This document shows, piece by piece, positions 39,788 through 54,665 of a stretch of 64,000 nt of DNA; position 1 is the first letter of the stretch, and each line of letters starts with the position of its first letter. The notes below the pieces were generated by a model. That model saw nothing but the letters and a program-made list of their open reading frames with translations, did not search any database and had not been told where the DNA came from. Source of the stretch: Octopus vulgaris (lineage: Eukaryota); contig OX597816.1 of NCBI GenBank assembly GCA_951406725.2, positions 30,132,001 to 30,196,000 on the forward strand, given 5' to 3'. The position numbers and the translations under genes were made by a program.

Positions 39788-39979
39788 GTGTGTGATGTGC
39801 TTCTCCCAGTTTCCGACTACTAAATCCACTGAAAAAGCTTTGGCCGTCTATGTTTTTGATACCTGTATAAAGAGCCACGCAGTGGGACTGAACCCGGAAT
39901 GTGTAGTTGGGAGACAAGCTTCTTACTATGTAGGCATGCCTGCGCGCGTGCACACACACACACACACACACACATACAC

Positions 39980-40012
39980 ACATATGTATGCATGTATATG
40001 TATGTATGTATG

Positions 40013-40046
<34 letters not shown>

Positions 40047-40709
40047 TGTATGTATGTATGTATGTATGTATGCATGTATATGTATGTATGTATGTATGTA
40101 TGTTTGTATGTATGTATGTATGCATGTATGTACGTTTGTATGTATGTATGTATGTTTGTATGTATGTATGTATGTATGTATGTATGTACGTTTGTATGTA
40201 TGTATGTATGTATGTATGTATGTTTGTATGTATGTATGTATGTTTGTATGTATGTATGTATGTATGTATGTATGTTTGTATGTATGTATGTATGTACGTT
40301 TGTATGTATGTATGTATGTTTGTATGTATGTATGTATGTATGTATGTACGTTTGTATGTATGTATGTATGTATGTATGTATGTATGTTTGTATGTATGTA
40401 TGTATGTTTGTATGTATGTATGTATGTATGTATGTATGTTTGTATGTATGTATGTATGTATGTATATGTTTGTATGTATGTATGTTTGTATGTATGTATG
40501 TATGTATATATATGTATGTATGAATGTATGTATGTATGTATGTTTGTGTGTATGTATGTATGTATGTATGCATGTATATGTATGTATGTATGTATGTATT
40601 ATGAATGTATGTATGTTTGTTTGTTTGTATGTATGTATGTATGTTTGTATGTATGTATGTATGTTTGTATGTATGTATGTATGTATGTTTGTATGTATGT
40701 ATGTATGTA

Positions 40710-40745
<36 letters not shown>

Positions 40746-40975
40746 TGTATGTATGTATGTATGTATGTATGTATGTTTGTATGTATGTATGTATGTATGT
40801 ATGTATGTTTGTATGAATGTATGTACGTATGTATGTATGTTTGTATGTATGTATGTATGTATGTTTGTATGTATGTATGTTTGTATGTATGTATGTATGT
40901 ATGTATGTATGTATGTATGTACGTTTGTATGTATGTTTGTATGAATGTATGTATGTATGTATGTTTGTATGCATG
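39980..40975. repeat. ~1-kb (TATG)n microsatellite with TTTG/TACG variants
   Basis: Directly visible. Confidence 0.95.
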
Positions 40976-40997
40976 CATTGAGTGCGTGTGTGGGGCG

Positions 40998-41033
<36 letters not shown>

Positions 41034-42314
41034 AGAGAGTGAGAGAGAGAGAGAGAGAGAGAAGGAGAGAGTGAGAGAGAGAGAGATTGATAGGAGTAAA
41101 GCTACAGATAATAAGGAGGAAGAGATTTTTCAAAAAATAAAAGAATAAATGCGACACAGACTAATAAAATAAAAAAAAACACAACAAATAATAGGGAAAA
41201 TAGTGTGGGATAGACGGTACGTTGATAGTTGGGTCGAGGGTGGTGTCTGTGGTGACAGCAAAGAAAGAAAGAAAGAAATATACTGACACTTTGAAAGTGA
41301 ACGAATGAGAGAGAGAGACAGAGAGAATGAGAGAGAGAGAGAGGGACAGATAGACAGAAGGAGAGAGAGTGAGAGAGGGAGAGAGAGAGAGAGAGCAGTG
41401 TGTATTTGATGATGGAGTGTGTGGGTGATTAAAGTCACTTCGCCGGTTGGACGTTTTGTCAGTAAGACGCATAACGTGACAAAGCTAACTGCTTGCTGGA
41501 CGGGCGGAAAAACAAAGTTGTGTATATTGTTTTGTATATATATATATATATAGATAGATAGATATAAATATATATACACATACTCATATATTGTAAGATT
41601 TTATACATATTACATATATGTATATTATATATTATAGCTTTGTTTAGCAAGGGATATTTTCCTTGCTTCATTCACATTCATAAATGTTTCTTATTAATGT
41701 TAATTCAAATATATGTTTATAGGCATATGCGCATGTACTGTATGTATATATACATATATAAACAAACGAACGGAACAACAACAAAGTTCAAGTTTACTAC
41801 CATTATTAATTATTTTCTAAATTATTACTTACTAAGTTGATATACAAACAATATTAGTATTTTTTGTTCCTTTTTAATTTTGAACTTAACATAGATAGAT
41901 TAACATAGATTAAAAGAGAAGTGTTTTAGTAATATCGTGAATATAAAGTAATATATATACAAATATTTACAACTAGCGATTAAGAACTAAAACGATAATG
42001 AATCACTTGTAATATTGTAATTATAATTACAATAATAATTCATTAAACGTAAACACAGAAAAGTTGGGTAAAGATAACAGGGACAGAAAAAAATATATTG
42101 TTTGTAAATGAATGAAATTAATGAATCGCTTCTAGAAATAAATAAATGAGAAAGAGTTGTTGAGTTTGGAGGAAGGAACGAGAGAAGAAGGAAAAACTAG
42201 TGAGGGAGAAAGAGAGGGGAAGGATCATCACCAACAGCAGCAGCATCAGTTGAAAGAACAGCAGTAGGACCCCTGTTATAACAACAACGGTTTCAGCAAC
42301 AGCAGCTAGTGACC

Positions 42315-42413
42315 ATGGATGAGAACGAATACCGAAGTGTTGCCCAAGGAGTGGCTCTTAAACTACAGACTTACTTAAATGACAAAGATGGATGGGAAGT
42401 GGCCAAAAAATTT
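42315..42413 (+). CDS. First coding exon of a START-domain sterol-transfer protein (STARD4/5/6 subfamily, STARD5-like)
   Basis: Kozak-like GACCATGG; MDENEYRSVAQGVALKLQTYLNDKDGWEVAKKF resembles the N-terminal helix and 'D..GW.V.K' motif of STARD5/6; ends at a phase-0 GTAAGT donor. Later exons were not found in the window. Confidence 0.75.
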
Positions 42414-42495
42414 GTAAGTAAACATATTCTGTTCTATAACCACCACCTGGATACATACATATTATGTACTCAGATTATACTTACATACAAAAGTA

Positions 42496-42556
<61 letters not shown>

Positions 42557-42672
42557 ATCTCTCTATCTATACATATTTATTTATTTATACATACTTATTT
42601 ACTTATATATATAGCTGTGTGTATGTATGTATATCTATCTATCTATCCATCTATTCATCTATCTATCCATCC

Positions 42673-42761
<89 letters not shown>

Positions 42762-42770
42762 CCTCTCTAC

Positions 42771-42831
<61 letters not shown>

Positions 42832-43249
42832 CATCTAATTAATAAATTGGTTCCTTTCGGTTTCGATGATAAATATTCCAAGTTGTCCAATCAATCAAAC
42901 TCGACTAGTGCCCCCTCGTGGCTGACCTTCCACAAACACGTGTACCTTTAACGCAATTAATTTTCAGCTAGAACCAGCGTGACATAAGATGATATTGTTA
43001 TTTTTCTATTTATTTTTCTTAGTAATTTGCTTTCTATTTTAATATAAGTGACTGAGGCCTAGACGTGTTAACTCTTAGCGCAATTCTCAGGTATAAACAG
43101 CACGATGCAAAGCTACCGCTATTGATTTACGTCTGAATACCTTACGCAGTTCTCATTTACACAGTTTATACCTTACACAGTATCGTTTACAGCTATCGAA
43201 CCCGGTATCTCATGATTGCAAAGTGAATTACCTAACTACTCGGTCATGC

Positions 43250-43894
43250 ATGCATGCATACATATATACATACATACATTTATGCATATATACATACATA
43301 CATACATATATACATTTATGCATATATACATACATACATTTATGCATACGTACATACATACATACATACATACATACATACATACATACATACATACATA
43401 CATACGTTACATGTGTACATACCACACAACAAATACATAAAGACATACATAATATATACACCTGTATATGTGTGTGTGTACAAATTGGTAGATAAACAGA
43501 CATACACACATACATACATACATACGTACGTACGTACGTACATACATACATACATACATACATACATACATAATACGTACATACATACATATGTTACATA
43601 TGTACATACCACACAACAGATACATGAAAACATACTTAATATATATACACCTGTATATGTGTGTGTGTACAATTTGGTAGATAAACAGTTAGTCACATAC
43701 ATACACACACATACACACATACATACATACATACATACATACATACATTTATGCATACATACATACATGTGTACAGACCACACAACAGATACATAAAAAA
43801 ACATACATAATATATATACACCTGTATATGTGTGTGTACAAATTGGTAGATAAGCAGTTAGACAGATACACACATACATACATACATACATACA

Positions 43895-43928
<34 letters not shown>

Positions 43929-44480
43929 CATACGTACATACATACATACATACGTACGTACGTACATACATACATATATACATACATACATACATACATA
44001 CGTTACATATGTACATACCACACAACAGATACATAAAAACATACATAATAAATATACACCTGTGTATGTGTGTGTGTGTACAAATTGGTAGATAAACAGT
44101 TAGACACATACATACACACACATACACACATACAAACATACATACATACATACATACATACATACATACATACATTTATGCATACATACATATATGTGTA
44201 CAGACCACACAACAGATACATAAAAACATACATAATACATATACACCTGTATATGTGTGTGTGTGTACAGATTGGCAGATAAACAGTTAGACACATACAT
44301 ACATATATACATACATACATACATACATTTATGCATACATACATGTGTACAGACCACACAACAGATACATAAAAAACATACATAATATATATACACCTGT
44401 ATATGTGTGTGTGTGTGTGTGTACAGATTGGCAGATAAACGATTAGACACATATATACATACATACATATATATATATAC
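43250..44480. repeat. Composite minisatellite, about 6 units of ~150-235 bp
   Basis: Constant blocks TACCACACAACAGATACATAAA...ACACCTGTATATGTGTG...AAATTGGTAGATAAACAG separated by variable (TACA)n. Confidence 0.9.
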
Positions 44481-44575
44481 ATACCCATAAATATACAAAG
44501 ACATACATACGCAAATGTGTACAAAAATGTACAATCTTGGTGCAGTTGTTGTTAAGATCCAGGTATGCCTTGACT

Positions 44576-44932
44576 CTCTCTCTTTTACTTGTTTCTGTCA
44601 TTTGACTGTGGCCATGCTGGAGCACCACCTTTAGTTGAGCAAATCAACCCCAGGACTTATTCTTTGTAAGCCTAGTACTTATTCTATCGGTCTCTTTAGC
44701 CTAACCGCTAAGTTACAGGGCGTAAACACACCAGCCATGGTTGTCAAGCGATGTTGGGAGGACAAACACAGACACACAAACACATACACTCACATACATA
44801 TATATATACATATATACGACGGGCTTCTTTCAGTTTCCGTCTACCAAATCCACTCACAAGGCTTTGGTCGACCCGAGGTTATAGTAGAAGACACTTGCCT
44901 AAGGTACCACGTAGTGGGACTGAACCCTGAAC

Positions 44933-44963
<31 letters not shown>

Positions 44964-45145
44964 TATATATATACATATATACGACAGGATTCTTTCAGTT
45001 TCCGTCTACCAAATCCACTCACAAGGCTTTGGTCGACCCGAGGTTATAGTAGAAGACACTTGCAAAAGTTACCACGTAGTGGGACTGAACCCTGAACCAT
45101 GTGGTTGGTAAGCAAGCTACTTACCACACAGCCACTCCCACGCCT
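44576..45145 (-). mobile_element. SINE family A with an internal ~150-bp tandem duplication
   Basis: Block ACGAC.GG.TTCTTTCAG...GGGACTGAACCCTGAAC occurs twice (~44815-44932 and ~44981-45098). Confidence 0.85.
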
Positions 45146-45403
45146 ATGACTGTGTACACCTATAATCAAAGACATTCTAACAGTGACCATCCTGTCTATT
45201 TTTTGTTTTTTTTGTCATGAGGTTGTGATGGGAAGAAACTTTAGTGTTAAACGCACATGTCAAGTAGCTGTCGCGTTGAACTATTTGAAGTTGCTTCTGT
45301 TATTTTTGTTGTTTAAATTTTCGTCAGCTCCGTCTGAGCAGAGAGCATTCTATTTAAATTTCTTTACTCTTGGAAAGGCATCTCTTACACTTATTATGTG
45401 TGT

Positions 45404-45847
45404 GTGGAAGCACTCTGTCGGTTACGACGATGAGGGTTCCGGTTGATCCAAATCAACGGAACAGCCTGCTCGTGAAATTAACGTGTAAGTGGCTGAGCAC
45501 TCCACAGACACGTGCACCCTTTTATCAATTCAAAATGAATAATTAAATTACACCATCTAGAAAATTACATATAATAGAAAAGTAGTTCTCGGGGATATTC
45601 AGCGTGATACAGAGAGTGACAAGACCGGCCCTTTGAAATACAGGTACAACAGAAACAGGAAGTAAGAGTGAGAGAAAGTTGTGGTGAAAGAGTACAGCAG
45701 GGATCACCACCATCCCCTGCCGGAGCCTCGTGGAGCTTTTTAGGTGTTTTCGCTCAATAAACACTCACAAGGCCCGGTCTGGGAATCGAAACCGCGATCC
45801 TATGACCGCGAGTCCTCTGCCCTAACCACTGGGCCATTGCGCCTCCA
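45404..45847 (-). mobile_element. SINE family C with a ~62-bp foreign insertion
   Basis: TSD ACACTTA(T/C)TATGT; insertion at ~45521-45582. Confidence 0.9.
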
Positions 45848-46146
45848 CACTTACTATGTAACTAGAAGGCCGGTAGGCTGTCATTTCGAGCAGGGCGAAT
45901 GACCACATGGTAGTTGTTGTGGCTGCTGTTTCCATTCCTCTATTTTTTGTATCTATTACTTTTGTTGTTGATGTTGTTGTTGTTGTCATAGGCATTGCTG
46001 CTGTGTTTGTGGTTGACATAACTTGCAGAAATTGCTTTGGTAATGTTGTTGTTACTATTCGACTCGTTAGTCATTGTAGAAAATTGTTAATAATACCTAA
46101 TTTGTCATTTCTCTGGTCTAGTCCCATATTGGTCCTGACCAGGGAA

Positions 46147-46458
46147 ACGGTAGTATTCTTGTTTAAGCAACCTGTATAATACACCAAAGCATTTTTATTT
46201 TTTAGAATTTTCAGAAAATGTTTGTGAATATTTGTTCTGCCCATGGGAATTCATACGATTATGGACAAAAAAAAAAAAAAAAAGAAATTGTATGTAATTT
46301 TAGGGCGATTTAACTGTTGTTTTTAGCACCAACCACATGGTTCCGGGTTCAGTCCCACTGCGTGGCATCTTGGGCAAGTCTCTTATGCTATAGCCCCGGG
46401 TCGACTAATGCCCTTGTGAGTGGATTTGGTAGACGGAAACTGAAAGAAGCCTGTCGTA

Positions 46459-46511
<53 letters not shown>

Positions 46512-47108
46512 ATGTGTGTTTGTGTCTGTGGTTGTCCCCCTAACATTGCTTGACAACCGATGCTGGTGTGTTTACGTCCTCGTCACTTAGCGGTTCGGCA
46601 AAAGAGACCGATAGATTTAGTACTGGGCTTACAAAGAATAAGTACCGGGGCCGATTTGCTCGACTAAAGGCGTTGCTCCAGCATAGCCGCAGTCAAATGA
46701 CTGAAACAAGTGAAAGAGTAAAGAGAGAGTATCTCACGACCATCTGATACCTTTCTCGTTTCTTTGTCACTCTGACATGTATCAATGTTTTTCAATAATT
46801 TTCTCCCCATAAGCACATTTAAGGGAATGATGATACAGCCAGAAATGGTCCACTGCTGGGATTTAAGCAATCAGTATTTTAAACTCTGTCAAAACAAAAG
46901 TTCGAAAACAGTGGAAATTTAGGATTTAAGGGTAGGGGGGGGGGGGGGTAAACATTTTTTTTTTTAAAAACAAAAACGTTTTATTTTCATTATCGTATGA
47001 ATTCCCGCGTGTAGAGCACAACTTCGCAAATATCTTCTGAAACTTCCTAAAATAAAAAAAAATGTTATGAGGTGATATATGAAGTGCTTAAACCAGAATC
47101 CTGCCGAA
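46147..47108. mobile_element. Old DNA element with ~115-bp degenerate terminal inverted repeats
   Basis: 46147-46262 (CGGTAGTATTCTTGTTTAAGCA...GGGAATTCATACGAT) pairs with 46988-47108 (ATCGTATGAATTCCC...TGCTTAAACCAGAATCCTGCCG). Confidence 0.6.
46328..46728 (+). mobile_element. SINE family A nested in the inverted-repeat element
   Basis: Family A match. Confidence 0.9.
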
Positions 47109-47110
47109 AA

Positions 47111-47494
47111 TCTTTATATATAAAAGTGAAGTTGTGTGTCTATCTCCTACGATTTAGATTCCTAACTACTCCCACATTTTGCGGTGCAGTGTAACCAAAA
47201 GCGGGTATCTTATAGTCGTGATTCATATCAAGCCCTTCTGGGTATTAGCGCGCGTCTACGATTTAAAAAAAATTTACCATCATTTTTTTCCCATTTTTAA
47301 TGCATTTTTTTGCTATTATATAAGGGAAGTAACTCTCTATAAATGTATTATTAAATCTCAGAACGTAAAAAGCTACAGTAACACCCCCCTTTGTGGTTAG
47401 CCATATTGAGATGGCTATTATACTTTAAATCTCTAAAAATGCTTATATAGTTATTTCCCTTACAAATCCGAGCAACGCCGGGCGATACTTCTAG
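47111..47494 (+). mobile_element. Non-autonomous Helitron
   Basis: A|TCTTTATATATAAAAG start, subterminal hairpin CCGAGCAACGCCGG, CTAG|T end, no TSD. Confidence 0.88.
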
Positions 47495-47770
47495 TCGTTT
47501 TATAAAAGATACCTTATTTGCTGTTGCTCTTGTATAGTCCCAGGTTATTCCTGATCGAGGAAACTTATAATCAAAGGCATTCCAGCCGTGACTATACTGT
47601 CTCTGCCTACATCCAAAGAACTTAAAGCTATTACTAGCCAACATTTCATTTTCTCAAACAGCAAAGTATTTTATGAAAATTTGGTAGCTATTTCTAGCAA
47701 GCCGAATAACTGCATAGAAGTTCCCTCTGAATGACACCTTGGTAATTAAGATTGTCTCTTTTCAGCTGAT

Positions 47771-48153
47771 TGGAAGCACTCCGTCGGTTACGACGACGAG
47801 GGTTCCGGTTGATCCGAATCAACGGAACAGACTGCTCGTGAAATTAACGTGTAAATGGCTGAGCACTCCACAGACACGTGTACCCTTAACGTAGTTCTCG
47901 GGGATATTCAGCGTGACACAGAGAGTGACAAGGCCGGCCCTTTGAAATACGGGTACAACAGAAACAGGAAGTAAGAGTGAGAGAAAGTTGTGGTGAAAGA
48001 GTACAGCAGGGTTCACCACCACCCCCTGCAGGAGCCTTGTGAAGCTTTAGGTGTTTTCGCTCAATAAACACTCACAACGCCGGTCTGGGAATCGAAACCG
48101 CGATCCTATGACCGCGAGTCCGCTGCCCTAACCACTGGGCCATTGCGCCTCCA
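47771..48153 (-). mobile_element. SINE family C, full length
   Basis: Near-identical to 17191-17572; flanking repeat CAGCTGAT. Confidence 0.9.
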
Positions 48154-48454
48154 CTTACAGCTGATAACCAACCATACTGTACACTCTGACATAATAGTGA
48201 TTAATGGTGTAAACAAGGACATTCTGGCGCATTCAGTCTTTTGTCTTTAACTTACCTCAATCATTAGACTGCAGCACCACCTTGAAAAATCTTTAGTCGA
48301 ATGGATCGACCACGGTACTTAACTTCTTTTTATAGCCTGGTATGTATTCTGTTGGTGTCTTTTGCCGAACTTTTGCCAAGTTACGGGGACGTAACCACAC
48401 CAACACCGTTGTCAAGGGGTGGTGGAGAACACACACACACATACATACATATAT

Positions 48455-48593
48455 GGTCGACTTTGCCTTTCATCCTTTCGGGGTCGATAAATTAAGTACC
48501 AGTTACGCACTGGGGTCGATATAATCGACTTAATACCTATGTCTGTCCTTGTTTGTCCCCTCTATGTTTAGCCCCTTGTGGGCAATAAAGAAA
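48455..48593 (+). mobile_element. SINE family B, 3' half
   Basis: GGTCGACTTTGCCTTTCATCCTTTCGGGGTCG...AAAGAAATA. Confidence 0.85.
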
Positions 48594-48857
48594 TATATAT
48601 ATGTATATATATAATTATTATTATTTGAGGGAATAAAATCCAAACTTACAAGGAAAAAGAATTCAATTTAGAAATACTAAATCAAATTCCACACAATATA
48701 ATATATATATAATATTAGAAAAAAAACACCTTTTATCAATTCAAAACGAATAATTAAATTACACCATCTAGAAAATTACATATAATAGAAAAGTTAAAAT
48801 TAAAATAGCAATAAAAAGTAAAGATTAAGTAAATTACAAAAATAATATAATGTATAT

Positions 48858-49033
48858 AGGCGCAGGAGTGGCTGTGTGGTAAGTAGCTTGCTAACCAACC
48901 ACATAGTTCCGGGTTTAGTCCTACTGCGTGGCATCTTGGGCAAGTGTCTTCTGCTATAGCCCCGGGCCGACCAATGCCTTGTGAGTGGATTTGGTAGACG
49001 GAAACTGAAAGAAGCCTGTCGTATATATGTATG

Positions 49034-49064
<31 letters not shown>

Positions 49065-49278
49065 GTGTGTGTTTGTGTGTCTGTGTTTGTCTCCCTAGCA
49101 TTGCTTGACATCCCCGTCACTTAGCGTTTACATCCCCGTAACTTAGCGGTTCAGCAAAAGGGACCGATAGAATAAGTACTGGGCTTACAAAGAATAAGTC
49201 CTGGGGTCGATTTGCTCGACTAAAGGCGGTGCTCCAGCATGGCCGCAGTCAAATGACTGAAACAAGTAAAAGAGAGAG
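48858..49278 (+). mobile_element. SINE family A, full length
   Basis: Starts AGGCGCAGGAGTGGCTGTGTGG; small internal duplication of CATCCCCGT.ACTTAGCG. Confidence 0.9.
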
Positions 49279-49351
<73 letters not shown>

Positions 49352-49369
49352 GTGTATGTATGTATACAA

Positions 49370-50142
49370 TTGGTTTCTTTCGATTTCCGTTAAGCAAAAG
49401 CACTCACAAGGCTTAGGTCAGCCCAAGGCTATAGTAAAAGACATTCGCCCAAGGCGCCACACAGTGAGACTGGACTGAACTCGCTGGAACCACGTGGCTG
49501 TGAAGCAAACTTTTGCCACATAGCAACGACTGCGTCTATTTTTAAGAAGTTCATTGTTGCAGTCACGTAATTTTGGGTTCAATCCCACTATGTGGCATAT
49601 TGGACAAATGTTTTTTTTTTACGTTGCATGGTAGACGGAAACTGTTTTGAAGCCCGTTCTAGCGTGTGCGTGTGTGTGTGTGTGCTGCTCACGCGCACGA
49701 ATGTTTATCTTTGTTTCACACCGCTTGGCAACTCATGTTTTGTGTGTACGCCATCGTAAATTAGCGGTTCGGCAAAGAAGTGATTGATAGAATAAGTACC
49801 AGACACTAAAAGTCAAAAGTCAAAAGAACTGGAGTCAATTTTTTCAATTGAACCATTCAAAGCATTGCTCCAGCATGGCCACAGCCCAATTGCTGAAACA
49901 CGTAAAAGATATGTAGAAATCTAAATTCGTCTCAACAGCTTGGGCGAAATAACGTACAGTAGAGACTTATAGGGACATGACCTGACATCGACTTTAGTGC
50001 TCAAGTGGTATTTATTTCATTGACGCCTAAGGAAGAAAAGCAAAGTCGAACTTGGCGGAATTTGTACTGAGAATGTAAATCCGGAAGAAGTGTCACTAAG
50101 AATTTTGTCAGAAGTGGTGACGATATTGCCAGCTTGCCGCCT
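49370..50142. mobile_element. Cluster of old family A (- then +) and family B (-) SINE remnants
   Basis: Diverged matches at ~49370-49540, ~49560-49910 and ~49960-50142. Confidence 0.65.
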
Positions 50143-50749
50143 TTGCTTGAATGAAATAATATTGCAGCTGTTGTTCACCCCATGATCAACCACAATTCAG
50201 GAAAGTTATTATCGAAACTATTTGGCCTTGACCATCCTTTCATTGTTCTACACTAGATAATGTGTCGTCTCTTTATACATGGCAGTAGAGAGAAATGTGA
50301 AGGAGATTTGGTTACTATTTTTACCAGGTCAGTCAACTGCGTTGAAGAAAAATCGCAGAGTGGGTGTTTTAAACAGTTGTACTATTCCAACTATTCGTTC
50401 CCCCCACCTTTTTTTTTTACTAGATTCTGTCATTAGGATGTGGCTCTACGGGTTTCATGAAAGTTTTAGTCCTACAAGTCGGCCCCAGTAGTTATTTCAA
50501 GTTTGGTACTTATTTAATCGAGCTACTTCTCAGATGCGCGAACAAAACAAAATACCCAATACAAATACGCGCGCAGTATATATATATATATATATATATA
50601 TATTAAGGTATGTAGAAAAATACAACATGGACAAGAACGTATAACTCTTAGAAGACGACACAATAAACACGGACAGGACATTCGAAACCCTCAGTCTTCA
50701 GTCAAGAACCGGATCATCGTAGTAATTTCGGCTGATTAATCTATATATA

Positions 50750-51933
<1,184 letters not shown>

Positions 51934-51938
51934 GTATG

Positions 51939-51989
<51 letters not shown>

Positions 51990-52006
51990 GTATGTATGTA
52001 TGTATG

Positions 52007-52054
<48 letters not shown>

Positions 52055-52789
52055 TTCGATGGGGTTCTTTCAGTTTCCGCCTACCAAATCCACTCACAAG
52101 GTTTTGGTCGGCGCGAGGCTATAGTAGAAGACACTTGCCGAAGGTGCCATGCATTGGGAATGAACCCAGAACCATGTGGTTGGTAAGCAAGCTACTTACC
52201 ACACAACCACTCATGTGCATACATACACGCATACATTATATATAGCCAGCTAGCTAGCTAGCTACCTACCTACCTAAATATACATACGTACATACATACA
52301 TACATACATACATACATACATACATACATGCATAAATGGTAGCTGTTAACTAATGAACGATTGTGACCATCGCCGACAAAATATTTTATCCTAGATAGAC
52401 AATGGCTGATAGCTATGCCCATGCTATCTTGCATAACATCACTAAGCTGAATAGTTAGGAAGCAAGGAGAGCAAAATCTCCAGCTTCCCAATGAGACTGT
52501 TGTTATTTCGGAATTTCCTTCTCCCATTGAGATATTTAAACAAAAACTAGGAGTTTCACTCCTAACATATTGTTCGGCCGTTGACCCTATTTGAATTCAT
52601 CCGTGCTTTGACAGGATTTGTTTTTCATGCCAACAAGTTGTCCAACGTAAACCACCCTCCTTACGAAGCAAGCTTAGTAGGCTTGCCTGTTTGTTCAGAC
52701 GTCGACGATCTGACCATGTGATAGGTCGTACTGGGTTAAATGTTACCAGTAAGCACTAAACGTGACATCACATAACATACATACATACA

Positions 52790-52966
52790 TACATGATGAT
52801 GGCCGTCCACTCGTGACCGAGGAAGACCATTGCCGACCTTCAGGAACATTGTGCGCTCTAGGACTAACTTATATTTTGCATTTGCGGCTCCGTTGGTGGC
52901 TAATGAGCCCTGCTCTTGACAAGCATACACGACTGCAAACATTGCAGACCAAGCTTTCCCCATTCA
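52790..52966 (-). mobile_element. RTE (BovB-like) LINE 3' end
   Basis: Minus: LVCNVCSRVCLSRAGLISHQRS zinc-finger-like end; 3' UTR CCTCGGTCACGAGTGGACGGCCATCATC. Confidence 0.75.
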
Positions 52967-53060
52967 CTATACATACATACATACATACATACATACATAC
53001 ATACATACATACATACATACATACATACATACATACAAACACACACACATACGTACGTAC

Positions 53061-53293
53061 CTATTTCTTTACTACCTACAAGGAGCTAAACACAGAGAGG
53101 ACAAACAAGGACAGACAAACTGATTAAGTCGATTATATCGGCTCCAGTGCAAAACTGGTGCTTATTTAATCGACCCCGAAAGGATGAAAGGCAAAGTCAA
53201 CCTTGGTGGAATTTGAACTCAGAATGTAGCGGCAGACGAAATGCCGCAAAGCATTTCGCCCGGCGTGCTAACGTTTCTGCCATCTCACCGCCT
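53061..53293 (-). mobile_element. SINE family B, full length
   Basis: Reverse-complement match. Confidence 0.9.
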
Positions 53294-54214
53294 TGTATGT
53301 ACATACATACATACATTCATATTCACACACGCACATACATACATTCATACTTACACACGCACATACACATAACACATACGCACACACACACACACACACA
53401 CACGCAGGCACATATACATACATACATACAATGATATGGATCTCAACTTGAATTTCCGGCTATGATTATACAGTTGCATCAACTGAAATAACCAAACTCA
53501 TTGAATTAACAGGTAAATGGTTGAGTATCCTATGGACGCGATTATCCTTAATGTCGTAGGGATCAGGGTGCAAAAGCTATTTCTCTGGATTATATGTAGA
53601 ATACATTCGATAGGCTCTCACACAGTCTATCGAGTTTCACTCATAAATAAAGTGCAGGTTGCCCTATGACTTTGATAAAAGATATTTAGCGAAGATACCA
53701 TTCAATAAGATCAAAGTCTGGACCTTGTGAGAGTCCATATTGCGTCTACATATGTTTGTGTGTTTCTGCGTGTGCGCGTTTGTGTCTGTGTGTGTGTGAG
53801 TGTATGCAAGCATGTATGTATGTATCTATGCATATGTGCGTGTATGTATATATATATTATGCACACATGCATATACAGCTTCGACACACGCATGCCATAA
53901 ACCTCCATGTATACGTAACATCCGCTTCTTTTTCCAATGAAAATAAAGATTATAATGAAAGGTGCGTATAATAAAAATCTTAGGCTTTAAACCTTATCAC
54001 AACCCACCTGTATTTAAATTAAAACTAAGTAATAATGTGGAGTGGAATTTATTAGTCATGTTACAAACTCTAGTCCCCACGGCAATATCATTTGACTCGT
54101 TTTTGTCTCTTTTTCTAAATGTTATACCTGGTTATACAACACAGATGCATGTGATATAATTCATACGCCCTGCAGCGATAAGAAATAATTATATATGTAT
54201 ACATATATTAGTTA

Positions 54215-54405
54215 GAATTTTGGCACAATTTCGAGAGAGGGGGTAAGTCAATTACACTGACTCCAGTGCTCAACTGGAACTTACTTTATCGACCCCCGAA
54301 AGGATGAAAAGCAATATAGACCTCGGCGGAATTTGAACTCAGACCGAAAGACCGACGATATGCCGCCAAGCATTTTACGTGCTAACGATTCTGCCAGCTT
54401 ACCGC
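54215..54405 (-). mobile_element. SINE family B, diverged
   Basis: Reverse-complement match. Confidence 0.75.
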
Positions 54406-54665
54406 TTATATATCTGCCAGCTTATATATATATATTACATGCATGCTTGCACACATACATACATACATACATACATCCATCCATACATACATACATACAT
54501 ACATACATACATACATACATACATACATACATACATACATACATACATACATACATTCCATATAGGTTTTAATCTTGGAGTTTATTTTATTAAGTCCGTT
54601 TTCGCGTATCTGCTATCAGATACCATTATGCAACGGAAATGGACTGCTTTACTGATGATATCTGT

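Noticed and set aside
39786-41157. Long ORFs of 245-445 aa (MYVC/HTYI repeats)
   Set aside because: Translations of the (TATG)n microsatellite, which lacks stop codons in several frames.
43250-44480. Repeat-spacer array resembling CRISPR
   Set aside because: The spacers are only (TACA)n length variants.
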